From the NCBI GenBank assembly GCA_038087875.1, contig CM075997.1:7008001-7072000 (forward strand): a stretch of 64,000 nt of DNA. Direction: 5' to 3'. This DNA is from Malacoraja senta (taxonomy: Eukaryota). Below the pieces are notes generated by a model. It did no database searches. It was given only the letters and a program-made list of their open reading frames with translations, and was not told the origin of the DNA. Position 1 is the first letter of the stretch, and every line of letters begins with the position of its first letter. Both the position numbers and the translations under genes were made by a program. This document shows, in pieces, positions 24,738 to 38,000 of the stretch.

Positions 24738-26524
24738 AGTGTTAGAGGTGGGTACAACTACGAATGTTGGGATGTTGGGACTGGTGAATGGAATGGAAAG
24801 GTTGGGAGGGATGAATTAATGAATGAATGAATAAGTTTATTGGCCAAGTATTCACATACAAGGAATTTGCCTTGGTGCTCCGCCCACAAGTGCAGGCAAT
24901 CTATACGTACGTTGTTTACAGGCCTGTTATTGTTGCTGTAAGTAAGAATTCCATTGATCCGTTATCGGTACATGTGACAATTAAACACATGACTAGGCTC
25001 TTGACAACGTCCCCCCCATATTAGCTCGAGTCATTCCTTCCCTCGAGGCAGACACAAAACGCTGGAGTAACTCAGCGGGACAGGCGGCATCTCTGGGGAA
25101 AAAGGAACGGGTGACGTTTCAGGTCGAGCCCCTTCTTCAGACTGAGGCATAGACCCCTACAGCCTTTTTCACTGAGAGTTGCGAGTCTGTGGAATTCTCT
25201 GCCTCAGAGGGCGGTGGAGGCCGGTTCTCTGGATACTTTCAAGAGAGAGCTAGATAGGGCTCTTAAATATAGCGGAGTCAGGGGATATGGGTAGAAGGCA
25301 GGAACGGGGTACTGATTGGGGATGATCAGCCATGATCACATTGAATGGCTCGAAGGGCCGAATGGCCTACTCCTGCACTTATTGTCTCATCGGCCCTCTA
25401 GGTGGGTTCCCGTGGGGCCTCGATCCGCAGCGGGTGATCCGGGCCTAGTCGGCTGGTTCCCAGTCTCTGGCGCCTACCGGGCCGGTCCTCAATCTACAGG
25501 CCGCAGCCCTCTCTGGGATAGGCGAGGTCTGCTGTATGATTTTACCGGGTTGTACGCAAAACAAAGCATCTTACTGTACCTCGGTACACATGGCCTTAAC
25601 GTATCACTGACTCATTGAAACAAATCCTGGCTGGATTAAGGTTCGTGTGTTGTTATTAAGAACATGATTAGTACGGGCGTCAGGGGTTACGGGGAGAAGG
25701 CAGGAGAATGGGATTAGGAGGGTGAGATAGATCAGCTACAATGAAATAGTGGAGTAGACTTGATGGGCCGAATGGCCCAATTTTGCTCCTATCACTTTTG
25801 ACCTTCTGAACTCACGTCTTAAGGCATATTTCTACGCGATTTTTCGGCTGAATTTCAAAAGAGAACGTTAATGTTGTCTTGTTGTGGCGTGGGTGGATCT
25901 GAAGAGCAGACTTTGTTGACGAGCATGCTGCCCTGCAGTATCTCACCATTTGAATTGGACTTAATCACGTTGCTGATATTTCCAGAGATGAACGTCGGAA
26001 AAAGGCAATGACGGGAATTAACTGTAATGATGGCGGATGGGTGAGATTTTTTTTCCTCCAGCTGGCCATTCCTGCGTCTGTAGTTTGCATCCTTGCAGTC
26101 GTTAACTTGACAAGGCTAAACACCCTGGCATCAATCAGCCAGGGAAGGGAGTAATGGGCTGTGTTGTGAGCAATTCCCTTTCCTGTCGTTAAATATCGTC
26201 AAACACCAGCACAAGGCTTCAGACTATAACAGTGTCTCAAATCTAGGCCACTGGAGATCCTTCCTTGAAGAAGATAATTTTAGTGTATGGGGATCGCAGG
26301 TCGGCACGGACTCGGTGGGCCGAAGGGCCTGTTGAGATGCGGTGTATCTCTAAACTAAAGTTGGTGTGCAGAAGGGTCTCGACCCGAAACGTCACCCATT
26401 CCTTCTCTCCAGAGATGCTGCTTGTCCCGCTGAGTTACTCCAGCATTTTGTGTCTATCTTCGGTTTAAACCAGCATCTGCAGTTCCTTGCTACGCAACTC
26501 CCAAACCTGGCTTGGTTTTTGGTC

Positions 26525-27445
26525 TTTGGGGGAGCTGCAAGCCGGCAGCCCTGCCAGCAGCGTGTTAGTTTTTTCTATTTTTTTGTTTTTTTAGTGTGTC
26601 TCAATGTGTGTTTTTAATGTCTTTCTGTGTGTCTTGTGTGGGGGGTGGTGTGTGGGGGGGTAAGGGGGAAACCGCTTCGGTCGCCTCCTCCACGGAGAGG
26701 CGACTTTTTCCATGTCACCTCCCTCGTGGCCTAACATCGAGGATCGGTGCGGCCTTTCATGGGGCCGGGCCCGGGACTTCAGCAGCGGGAGCAGCGAGGA
26801 CTCTTTGGTCGCGGAGCGGGCGAGCCCTCGCTGGGGGTCGCCAGAGGGGAGCGCTCCGTTCGCTGGCCCGTGGCAGCCTTAAGCCGCGGTCTGCGGAGCT
26901 CCAGCTGGCGCGGCGTCCTGGGCCTGGGATCCCTCGTTGGGGACCCCGGAGGAGAAGAGCTCCGACCGCCGGCCCGCGGTCAACTTCTAACCGCGGGCGC
27001 GGCGGGGACTTACCATCCTGAGCGGGGTCCCTCGCCGGGGACCCCTGGAGAGGAGCTCCAACCGCCGGCCCTGCGGTCTGCGGTGCTTCTGGCTGCGGCG
27101 CGGCGGGGACATTAGATCTTCGACCGCCGGCCTGCGGCCTACACCATCTTGAAGCCGCGGTCTCCGGTGGGGAGGCACCGAATCTGGACTTACCTGGACT
27201 TACCTTGTCTGGACGCCCGCAGCGGCGACTGCGGAGGGTTGTGGTCCCGACCACGGGGGAAAATGGAGAAGGACTGGCCAAATGTTGTGCCTTCCACCAC
27301 AGTGATGAATGCTGTAGTGGATGTTTGTGTTAAATTTTTATTGTGTACTGTGTGTTCTTTTTTATTGTACCGCTGCTGGCAAATTCATTTCACTGCACTT
27401 TATGCGCAAATGACGAATAAAACGGACTTGACTTGACTTGCTGGG
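26525..27445 (+). mobile_element. GC-rich non-coding retroposon-like element with a Rex1/L2-like tail
   Basis: Shares 5' GGGGGAAACCG block, internal GAGCTCCAACCGCCGGCC repeats and ATTTCACTGCAC..GACGAATAAA(GACTT)n tail with 29380-30650 and 59730-59955. Confidence 0.55.
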
Positions 27446-27944
27446 ATGCATCCTGATAAAATGCTTTATACGGCACATCTGCAGAACATCCAGGCGATGT
27501 TTCGGGACTGGAGATGGGTACTGACCCGAAACGTCACCTCTTCATTCCATACACAGACGCTCGAGCCGAAACGTCACCCATTCCTTCTCTCTCTGGCATT
27601 TTGTGTTAATATCATTTCCAGGTTACTCCAACACTCTCCACCCAACCTCAGCCAACACTTGAGGGGATCATTCGACCAACTGCACTTGGTAATTAAACTC
27701 AGTGCAGCTAAACCCTCCCACAGCTGGAGGATCATGCCAGTGATTTGCATAATGGGACATAAGTGCTTATTTGTCAGTATTTAACGCTGAGCAATTAGTG
27801 CGTCATTTACTGTGCGATGAATACGATTAACTCTTCGCATCCTGAATCAAAGATCAGGGTCGCCATTTCAGCCAATATTTTGAGGTGGTTCATAGGTCAA
27901 ACGTAGAACGTCGGAGGTTGTAGGAAGACTGGATAGAAGGAGAT

Positions 27945-28228
27945 TTTAGTCTTAGTTCAGAGATACAGCGGGGAAACAGGCCCTTCGGCCCACCGAGTCC
28001 GTGCTCTCCTGTGCACACTAGGGATAATTTAACATTTATACAAAGCCAATTAACCTACAAACCTGCACGTCTTTGGTGTGCGGGAGGAAACCGGAGCACC
28101 CGGAGAAAGCCCACGCAGGTCACGGGGTGAACGTACAAACTCCGTGCAGACAGCACCCGTGATCAGGATCGAACCCGGGTCTCTGGTGCTGTGAGGCAGC
28201 AACTCTACCGCTGTGCCACCGTGCTGCC
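27945..28228 (-). mobile_element. HE1/V-SINE-like SINE
   Basis: SINE consensus, reverse complement. Confidence 0.8.
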
Positions 28229-28934
28229 CATATAAAATTATGAGAGGCATGGATAGGCGGATGTGTCATAGAAAACCGCAAGGGGGGACCTTTTACACAA
28301 TAGACAATAGGTGCAGGAATAGGCCATTCAGCCCATCGTGCCAGCACAGAATGGTGATTGGTGTATGGAACGAGCTGCCAGAGGAGGTAGCTGAGGCAGG
28401 TACCAATGTTTAAAAAAGCAGTTGGACAGGTACATGGATATAGGGCAGGTTTGGTGGGATTTGGGCCAAAGGCAGGCAGGTAGGACTAGTATTAGATGGG
28501 GCATGTTGGTCGGCATGGGGAAGTTGGGCAGAAGGGCCTGTTTCCACGCTGTATGACTCTATGACTGTAGGTTAGACGGTTACAACTTTTTTCCCAGGGT
28601 GGAAACATCCAACCACAGAGGGTATAGCTTTAAGGTGAGAGGGGGAATGTTTAATGGCGATGTGCGGGGCAGGTTTTTTACACAGAGAGTGGTGGGGGTC
28701 TGGACCCCACTGCCAGGGGTGGTGGTGGAGGCAGATACAATTGTGGCGTTTAAGAGGCTTTTAGATGAAAGTGCATCAAATAGAGGTATATGGATCATGT
28801 GCAGACAGATGAGGTGAGTTTAACGAAACTTGGCATCAAGTTCAGCACAAAGATTGTGGGCCGAAGGGCCTGTTCCTGTGCTGTACAGTTCTATGTTCTA
28901 TCATTTGGCTTTGGAAGGTTGTGGACTTAGTATT

Positions 28935-29235
28935 GCTAAGAGATACAGCGTGGAAAAAGGCCCTCCGGCCCACCAAATCCATGCCGACCAGCGATCCCCG
29001 CACACTAACACTATCCTACACACACTGGGGACAATTTACATTTACACCAAGCCAATTAACCTACAAACCCGTATGTCTTTGGAGTGTGGGAGGAAACCAA
29101 AGATCTCGGAGAAAACCCACGCGGTCACAGGGAGAACGTACAAACTCCGTACAGACAAGCACCCGTAGTCGGGATCGAACCTGGGTCTCTGGCGCTGTGA
29201 GGCAGCAACTCTACCGCTGCGCCACCGTGCCGCCC
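28935..29235 (-). mobile_element. HE1/V-SINE-like SINE
   Basis: SINE consensus, reverse complement. Confidence 0.8.
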
Positions 29236-29583
29236 CTTGAATGCAGTTGAAACAAAAGCTGCAGATGTTGAAAATCTAAAGTGTAATGGGGGCAGCACGG
29301 TGTCGCAGCGGGACGGTTGCTGCCTCACAGCGCCAACGTCTGCAGTCTAAATGGAAGATGAGCATACGAGCATTCTGGTTCCGGTGGCGCTGCGAGTCAG
29401 CTGCCCCGCCTGCAGCGGGTTCGTTGTTTCGACTCACTTTGTTTTTTTTAGTATGTCCAAAAGTATGTTTTAGTGTTTCTCTGTATGTCTTGTGTAGGGG
29501 GAGGGGGGGGGGGGAATAGGGGGAAACCGTTTTTTAGGCACCTGCCTCGACGGAAATCCGACTTTCTTCCTTGTCGCTTCTTC

Positions 29584-30014
29584 GGGGGCTGTCCCACAGC
29601 GGCGATCTAATTGGCTAGTTTAGAAGAGTTTGATCTCGACTCATACTCGCAGCATGGTCGACACAAGGTCGTAGGAGGTCTTTGTAACTCTCCTTCATGC
29701 TCGAGAGTGATCCCCGTGTACTCGAGGCCTGAGCTAGGTCGCGGCATAATTTTCAACATGCTGAAAAATGCCCGCGAGTACAAAAAGGTCGCCATGGGAA
29801 AAAAAATCAATTTTTTTTACTCGTAGGTTTAGTCGAAGTAGGTGGTAGTAAGTCGGCTTGTTATTCCTAGGCAATCGAAGGTAGTCGAAGCTAGTCGTAC
29901 TAGTCTTCAACATGGTCGAAGGAGGTCGAAGGAGGTCTTCAACATGACACTTTTTCAAACTCTCCTAAACGCTTCTAAACTCGCCAATTAGGTTGCCGCA
30001 GTGGGGCAGCCCCT
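29584..30014. mobile_element. PIF/Harbinger-like MITE (duplicate at 40564-41007)
   Basis: GGGGCTGTCCCACAGCGGCGATCTAATTGG ... CCAATTAGGTTGCCGCAGTGGGGCAGCCCCT|TTA; TTA on both sides in copy 2. Confidence 0.8.
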
Positions 30015-30825
30015 TTACAGCTGGTTTGGTGCGGCCTTTCCCAGAGTTGGGCCCAGAGCTTCAGCGGCGGTGCAGCGGGCACTTTAACATCGCGGGCCCC
30101 CTTGCTGGAGGTTGCCGGAGAAGCGCTCCAACCGCTGGCCTGGGGCCTACAACATCTTGGAGCATCGGTCTATGGAGCATCGGTCTGTGGAGCTTCTGGC
30201 GGCAGGCGTGGAGCGGACATTTCATCGTGGAGCGGGCGATCCCTCGCCGGGGGTCGCTGGAGAAGAGCTCCAACCGCCGGCCTGCGGCCTACAAAGCCGC
30301 GGTCTCCAGTAAGGAGGTGGCCAATTTGGGAGCTCCAGGCCGCGGTGTGTGCTCGACCTGTTCCGACGTCGGCGTTCCGACCATCCCGACCAGGGGGCTG
30401 GAACGTCGGGCCGTCCGAAGCGGCGACTACAAAGGGTCAGGGGCCCGACCACAGGTGAACAAGGGAGGAGGAGGAAGAGGACTGTCTGAACTGTTGCCTT
30501 CCACCACAGTGAAGAATGCTGTGGTGGATGTCTGTGTGGAATTATGTTGTGTATTGTGTCCTTTTTTAATTGTAACGCTGCATGGTGAATTACATTTCAC
30601 TGCACCTTATGGTCCATGTGACAAATACATTTGAACTGGAACTTGAACTTCAATGGGGGGTGGAGAAAGGACTAGGGGGGGGGGGGTGGGCGATGGTGGG
30701 GGAAATGTGTGTGCACTGTATGGGGGGGGGGGTTGCGGAAAGGGAACAGACTAAGGAGGGAAGGGCATTACTTGAATTTGGAGAATTCAATGTTTATCCC
30801 CTTTGATTGTGAGTGTAATGTCCGC

Positions 30826-31420
30826 TGTAAGACCCTGTTGTGACTAGCACAATGAATACACGCCCGCCATCTTGTAAGAAAGATTTAATCTGAACCACCA
30901 ACGGAAACTAGAAGGTCATCTGACCTCAGTCACGAGGCACAGGCACATTTGCCAGCTTCTGCTTTTGTCCTCAAGGGGCGCTGGCATTTATATTACATAT
31001 ACATCACATCTCCCCCTCCACTTTAATTACATCACATCTCCCCCTCCACTTTAATTACATCACATCTCCCCCTTCACTTTAATTACATCACATCTCCCCC
31101 TTCAACGTTGGGGTCAATACTAATAACTTGACCCTTTAATCAATTTAATGCGGATAAAGTACCACAAATAACACAGTGCTCTTCATACTACAAAACTATA
31201 AAATAATTGCCCAACTATTTTACATAACAAGTTGAGTCGGCAGAGATTTATACCTGAACTGCCATCACTAAACAGATTATCTGACCATTGTTTTTGACGT
31301 CTACCAGAATAAGATTCTAAGTAGGAGAAGGTTTTCTTTAAACGGTTTTTGTTTGATAGCCTGGTTGGGCAGCGCAAGGTGCAGATATCATGGTTCCCCT
31401 TCACAATTGTGGTATCATCT
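30826..31420 (-). mobile_element. LTR retrotransposon (Gypsy-like) 3' remnant: pol end, PPT and 3' LTR (~30826-31008)
   Basis: Minus strand AGGGGGAGA|TGTGATG..TTACA, with TATAAA and ATTAAA inside the LTR; upstream peptide containing SGRR..RLNL resembles a pol C-terminus. Confidence 0.6.
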
Positions 31421-31439
31421 GCCCTAGTTAATTTTGTCT

Positions 31440-31716
31440 AGTTCAGAGATACAGCGCGGAGCCACCGAGTTCCGCGCGAACCACACGAACACTAACCCAC
31501 ACACGCTACGGACAATTTACAATTATACCGAAGCCAATTAGCCTACAAACCTGCACGTCTTTGGAGTGTGGGAGGAAACCGGAGCACCCGGAGAAACCCC
31601 ATGCAGGTCACAGGGAGAATGTCCAAAGTCCGTACAGACAGCGCCCGTTGTCAGGATTGAACCCGGGTCTCTGGCGCTGTGAGGCAGTAGCTGTACCGCT
31701 GCGCCACCGTGCCGCC
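31440..31716 (-). mobile_element. HE1/V-SINE-like SINE
   Basis: SINE consensus, reverse complement. Confidence 0.75.
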
Positions 31717-31766
31717 CATAAGCTGAGCCAAAATGGATTGGCCGTTGATAAAAGGTGGATTAGTAA

Positions 31767-31992
31767 AGGGCCTGTCCCACTTGGGCGTCATTTGCGCGTA
31801 ATTTACGCGACATCATTTACGCGTCACGATGCCTGACGCGCGCGTTGTGCCGCGCACGTGATGCACGCCTGGTGCGTAGTAACGTAGGCAGTGACGCGCG
31901 GTCGCGCACAGCGCCCCAGGAATTTGGGATGTACAAAATCTTCGCGCGCCATCTGCATGACACGCAAATGACACCCAAGTGCGACAGGCCCT
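31767..31992. mobile_element. PIF/Harbinger-like MITE (duplicate at 42714-42939)
   Basis: TAA|AGGGCCTGTCCCACTTGGG ... CCCAAGTGCGACAGGCCCT|TAA. Confidence 0.88.
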
Positions 31993-32788
31993 TAAATGAT
32001 ATTGAACATGGATTTGTGGATAGCAACTCACATTTGACCAACATGATTGCTGGCAAAGGTAGTTGGTGTTCTTTTCAAGAGCTACCATGGCTTTTAATAC
32101 ATTACCACAAAATTCATTTAGCAAAATTAAAAGCCCTATTTTAAAGAGTAGTAACTGCATGAACGCAAAATTGGCCATGAAACAAGGCAGTGGTGAAGTG
32201 TTTTCAGACAAGCTTACAAATTCATCTTGGAGATTGTGGCTTATTTTTGTGGTTAGCAGTTGACAAATTGATTTTTCATAAGACCATAAATTACAGGAGC
32301 AGAATTAGGCCATTCGGCCCATCGAGTCCACCTGCCATTCAATCATGGCTGATCTATCTTCCCCTCTCAACCCCATTCTCCTGCCTTCACCCCATAAACA
32401 TTTGACACCTCACTAATTAATCTCCACCTTAAATATACCCACTGACACACAGATTCACCACCCTCTGACTAAAGAAGTTCTTCATCAATTCTAAATTACA
32501 CCCTTTTATTCCGTGGCTGTGACCTCTGGTCCTGGACTCTCCCACTGATGGATACATCCTCTCCACATCCACTCTCTCCAGGCCTTTCACGTTTCAATGA
32601 GCTTCCCCCTCATCCTTCTAAGCTCCAGCGAGTACAGGCCCAGCGCCTTCAAACGCTCATCCTATGCTCACGACCACCTTCCGTGAATCCAACTAATGTA
32701 TAGAGGATTCAAGGATTCGGATCAATGGATGGAGAAAGAATATTTTGAAGAGCACAAATAAGTATTCACTAAAGCAAAATACAAGTTA

Positions 32789-33186
32789 TTTATTTTAATT
32801 TTTTTTTTAAATTTTATTAGTAATGTGGCACCGAGGTGTCTAATATATATTGGCATGTTACATTTCATGTACAGCTTCTTTTTAAATTTTTTTTATAATA
32901 AAAGAGAGAAAGAGAGAATATATAATAAAAATTAGAAAAACGTGTGATGTATGGTGTGAGAAAAGGAAAAGGGGGGAAAGAGGGAAAGTGAAAGTGAAAA
33001 AAAAAGGGGAGAGAAAGAGAAAGAGTAGAAAGTAGGAGATTATAGGAGATCGGTATTTATATTCTTGTCCATCCTTCACCCAGTCCTGAAACAGTTAGTT
33101 TCTACGTTTTTGTTGCACTATATGCTTCCAAGAAGTCGATAAATGGAGACCAACTCGTTAAGAATTGGTCTGGTTTATCTATTAGG
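32789..33186 (-). mobile_element. 5'-truncated L1 insertion with 16-bp target-site duplication
   Basis: AGCAAAATACAAGTTA at 32773-32788 and 33187-33202; peptide LLIDKPDQFLTSWSPFIDFLEA matches the ORF2 end near 1200; T-rich tail. Confidence 0.88.
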
Positions 33187-33549
33187 AGCAAAATACAAGT
33201 TAAATACAGAGTGGGGATTGTTTTTCTTGCAGGAGCATGTGCTGAATGGCAGCCATAAGACACAATAGCACAGGGAGATCTCAGTTGCAGCCTGGTGCTG
33301 TAACAAAACACAAGCGTATCTGCAATAGAAACCCACCCACGCCTCAGCCCTAATGCTCATTGTGCTAACTTGCAAAACCATAATGTAATAAAATATGCCT
33401 TGCAGTAAATTTAATTTGCAGAACTCCGCACACAGCACCAACTCCTCCGACAGTGAGCTGCAGGTGCCGAGTGATAATCCGTAGCCGATTGTCACACACG
33501 TTAACCCATTCCGCCCCAAACCTTTTTAACGCATAGAGACACAGAGAGT

Positions 33550-34672
33550 GTAGAGTGATGCAGCGTGGAAACAGGTCCTTCGGCCCCAACCTGCCCCCAC
33601 CGGCCAACATGTCCCATCTACACTGGTCCCAACTGCCCGCGTTTGTTCCATATCCCTCCAAACCTGTCCTATCGGGGTGTTGGAGGAATCCAGAAACAGG
33701 GGCCACACAATTTAAGAATAAGGGGTAAGCCATTTAGAACGGAGACTTTAGAACAAAAACATGTTTTCACACAAAGATTTGTGAGTCTGTGGAATTCTCT
33801 GCCTCAGAGGGCGGCGGAGGCGGGTTCGCTGGATACTTTCAAGAGAGAGCTAGATAGGGCTCTTAAAGATAGTGGAGTCAGGGGATATGGGGAGAAGGCA
33901 GGAACGGGGTACTGATTGGGGATGATCAGCCATGATCTCATTGAATGGTGGTGCTGGCTCGAAGGGCCGAATGGCCTACTCCTGCACCTATTGTCTATTG
34001 TCTATTGTCTATCCATGTACCTGTCTAAACGTTGGGATAGTCCCAGCCTCAACTACCACCTCTGGCAGCTTGTTCCATAAACCCACCACCCATTGTGTGA
34101 AAAAGTTTCCCCTCAGATTCCTATTAAATCTTTTCCTCTTCACCGTAAACCTATATCCTCTGGTCCTCGATTCCCCTACTCTAGGCAATGGACTGTGCGT
34201 CTACCCGATCTATTCCTCTCATGATTTTATACGCCTCTATAATAAGATCACCCCTCATCCTCCTGCGCTCCAGGGAATAGAGTCCCAGCCTGCACAACCT
34301 CTCCCTATAGCTCACACCCTCTAGTCTTGGCAACATCCTCGTAAATCTTCTCTGTACCCTTTCCAGCTTGACAACGTCTTTCCTATAACATGGTGCCCAG
34401 AACTGAACACAACACTCTAAATGTGGCCTCACCAATGTCTTATACAACTGCAACACGACCTCCCAACTTCTATACTCAAAACTCTGACTGATGAAGGCCA
34501 ATGTGCCAAAAGCCTTTTTGACCGCCCTATCTACCTGTGACTCCACCTTCAAGGAACCATGCACCTGTACTCCTAGATCTCTCTGCTCTACAACACTACC
34601 CAGAGGCCTACCATTCACTGTGTAGGTCCTGCCCTTGTTAGACGTCCCAAAATGCAACAGCTCACACCTCAC
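33550..34672 (-). mobile_element. CR1 LINE 3' fragment with a nested plus-strand CR1 tail (~33680-34010)
   Basis: ORF 34181-34672: CELLHFG..QRDLGV..LYKTLVRPHLECCVQFWAP..LERRRMRGDLI. Confidence 0.88.
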
Positions 34673-34898
34673 ATCCCCTCATTGAAGTTAAAGCGTAGCC
34701 CTCTAGTCTTTGACATTTCCACTCTGGGACAGAGGTTCTGATATGATAGTGGTGTTTAAGAGGCTTTCAGAGAGGCACATCTCGCTTTCCATCTTCGTCA
34801 CCCAGATTTTAGACTTTAGAGATACTGCGCGGATACCGGCCCTTCGGCCCACCGAGTCCGCGCCGACCAGCGATCACCCCGTACACTAGCACGAGCAC

Positions 34899-35098
34899 NN
34901 NNNNNNNNNNNNNNNNNNNNNNNNNNNNNNNNNNNNNNNNNNNNNNNNNNNNNNNNNNNNNNNNNNNNNNNNNNNNNNNNNNNNNNNNNNNNNNNNNNNN
35001 NNNNNNNNNNNNNNNNNNNNNNNNNNNNNNNNNNNNNNNNNNNNNNNNNNNNNNNNNNNNNNNNNNNNNNNNNNNNNNNNNNNNNNNNNNNNNNNNNN
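34899..35098. other. Assembly gap (200 N)
   Basis: Run of N. Confidence 1.
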
Positions 35099-38000
35099 TT
35101 CTTAAGCCTGGGATCTGCAGAGCAGTGACCCTCTAGTCCCTAGCAAGGGGTAGAGGAGTCTAGAACGAGAGGATGTAGGCTTAAAGTGAAAGGAGGAACA
35201 TGTAAAAGGGGCTGGAGAGGCAACTTTTCTCACACTGGCAGTGGTTCACATATGGGACGAGCTGCCAGGCCGAATGTGCGGCACGGTGGCGCAGCGGCTG
35301 AGTTGCTGCCTCACAGCGCCAGAGACCCGGGTTCGACCCTGACTACGGGTGCTGTCTGTACGGAGTTTGTACGTTCACCCCTGTGACCTGCGTGGCTTTT
35401 CTCCGAGATCTTCGGTTTCCTACCACACTCCAAAGACAATAGACAATGGACAATAGGTGCAGGAGTAGGCCATTCGGCCCTTCGAGCCAGCACCGCCATT
35501 CAATGTGATCATGGCTGATCATCCCCAATCAGTACCCCGTTCCTGCCTTCTCCCCATATCCCCTGACTCCGCTATCTTTAAGAGCCCTATCTAGCTCTCT
35601 CTTGAAAGTATCCAGAGAACCTGCCTCCACCGCCCTCTGAGACGGTGGAGGCTGTACAGATTTAGCAGGTAAATCGACGTGGTATAAGTGTAAATCGGCC
35701 ACAGTAGGTAGTGGACTGGTCGGTGCGGACTCGGTGGGCCGAAGGGCCTGTTTCCGTGCTGTATCTCTAAACTGAACTAAAGTGTTAGAGGTGGGTACAA
35801 CTACGAATGTTGGGATGTTGGGACTGGTGAATGGAATGGAAAGGTTGGGAGGGATGAATTAATGAATGAATGAATAAGTTTATTGGCCAAGTATTCACAT
35901 ACAAGAAATTTGCCTTGGTGCTCCGCCCACAAGTGCAGGCAATCTATACGTACGTTGTTTACAGGCCTGTTATTGTTGCTGTAAGTAAGAATTCCATTGA
36001 TCCGTTATCGGTACATGTGACAATTAAACACTTGACTAGGCTCTTGACAACGTCCCCCCCATATTAGCTCGAGTCATTCCTTCCTTCGAGGCAGACACAA
36101 AACGCTGGAGTAACTCAGCGGGACAGGCGGCATCTCTGGGGAAAAAGGAGCGGGTGACGTTTCAGGTCGAGCCCCTTCTTCAGACTGAGTCATAGACCCC
36201 TACAGCCTTTTTCACTGAGAGTTGCGAGTCTGTGGAATTCTCTGCCTCAGAGGGCGGTGGAGGCCGGTTCTCTGGATACTTTCAAGAGAGAGCTAGATAG
36301 GGCTCTTAAATATAGCGGAGTCAGGGGATATGGGGGGAGGGCAGGAACGAGGAACTGATTGGGGATGATCAGCCATGATCACATTGAATGGCTCGAAGGG
36401 CCGAATGGCCTACTCCTGCACCTATTGTCTCATCGGCCCTCTAGGTGGGTTCCCGTGGGGCCTCGATCCGCAGCGGGTGATCCGGGCCTAGTCGGCTGGT
36501 TCCCAGTCTCTGGCGCCTACCGGGCCGGTCCTCAATCTACAGGCCGCAGCCCTCTCTGGGATAGGCGAGGTCTGCTGTATGATTTTACCGGGTTGTACGC
36601 AAAACAAAGCATCTTACTGTACCTCGGTACACGTGGCCTTAACGTATCACTGACTCATTGAAACAAATCCTGGCTGGATTAAGGTTCGTGTGTTGTTATT
36701 ACGAACATGATTAGTACGGGCGTCAGGGGTTACGGGGAGAAGGCAGGAGAATGGGATTTGGAGGGTGAGATAGATCAGCTACAATTGAATGGTGGAGTAG
36801 ACTTGATGGGCCGAATGGCCCAATTTTGCTCCTATCACTTTTGACCTTCTGAACTCACGTCTTAAGGCATATTTCTACGCGATTTTTCGGCTGAATTTCA
36901 AAAGAGAACGTTAATGTTGTCTTGTTGTGGCGTGGGTGGATCTGAAGAGCAGACTTTGTTGACGAGCATGCTGCCCTGCAGTATCTCACCATTTGAATTG
37001 GACTTAATCACGTTGCTGATATTTCCAGAGATGAACGTCGGAAAAAGGCAATGACGGGAATTAACTGTAATGATGGCGGATGGGTGAGATTTTATTTCCT
37101 CCAGCTGGCCATTCCTGCGTCTGTAGTTTGCATCCTTGCAGTCGTTAACTTGACAAGGCTAAACACCCTGGCATCAATCAGCCAGGGAAGGGAGTAATGG
37201 GCTGTGTTGTGAGCAATTCCCTTTCCCGTCGTTAAATATCATCAAACACCAGCACAAGGCTTCAGACTATAACAGTGTCTCAAATCTAGGCCACTGGAGA
37301 TCCTTCCTTGAAGAAGATAGTTTTAGTGTATGGGGATCGCAGGTCGGCACGGACTCGGTGGGCCGAAGGGCCTGTTGAGATGCGGTGTATCTCTAAACTG
37401 AAGTTGGTGTGTAGAAGGGTCTCGACCCGAAACGTCACCCATTCCTTCTCTCCAGAGATGCTGCCTGTCCCGCTGAGTTACTCCAGCATTTTGTGTCTAT
37501 CTTCGGTTTAAACCAGCATCTGCAGTTCCTTCCTACGCAAGCTCCCAAACGTGGCTTGGTTTTTGGTCGGTGGGGGCGCTGCAAGCTGGCAGCCCTGCCA
37601 GCAGCGTGTTAGTTTTTTCTATTTTTTTGTTTTTTTAGTGTGTCTCAATGTGTGTTTTTAATGTCTCTCTGTGTGTCTTGTGTGGGGGGTGGTGTGTGGG
37701 GGGGTAAGGGGGAAACCGCTTCGGTCGCCTCCTCCACGGAGAGGCGACTTTTTCCATGTTGCCTCCCTCGTGGCCTAACACAGAGGATCGGTGCGGCCTT
37801 TCCTGGGGACGCGCCCGGGAACAGGCGGCATCTCTAAGGCAGCCCTGCCAGCAGCGGGCGCAGCGAGGACTCTTTGGTCGCGGAGCGGGCGAGCCCTCGC
37901 CGGGGGTCGCCGGAAGGGAGCGCTCCGTTCGCTGGCCCGTGGCAGCCTTAAGCCGCGGTCTGCGGAGCTCGAGCTGGCGCGGCGTCCTGGGCCTGGGATC

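Larger units (their letters stand above)
24057..34898 (+). repeat. ~10.8 kb direct duplication, copy 1
   Basis: Colinear with 35099-45894 from TTCTTAAGCCTGGG to CTAGCACGAGCAC. Confidence 0.97.

Noticed and set aside
26596..27436. GC-rich overlapping ORFs or CpG-island promoter
   Set aside because: Lies inside a multi-copy repeat; the reading frames differ between the two duplicated copies
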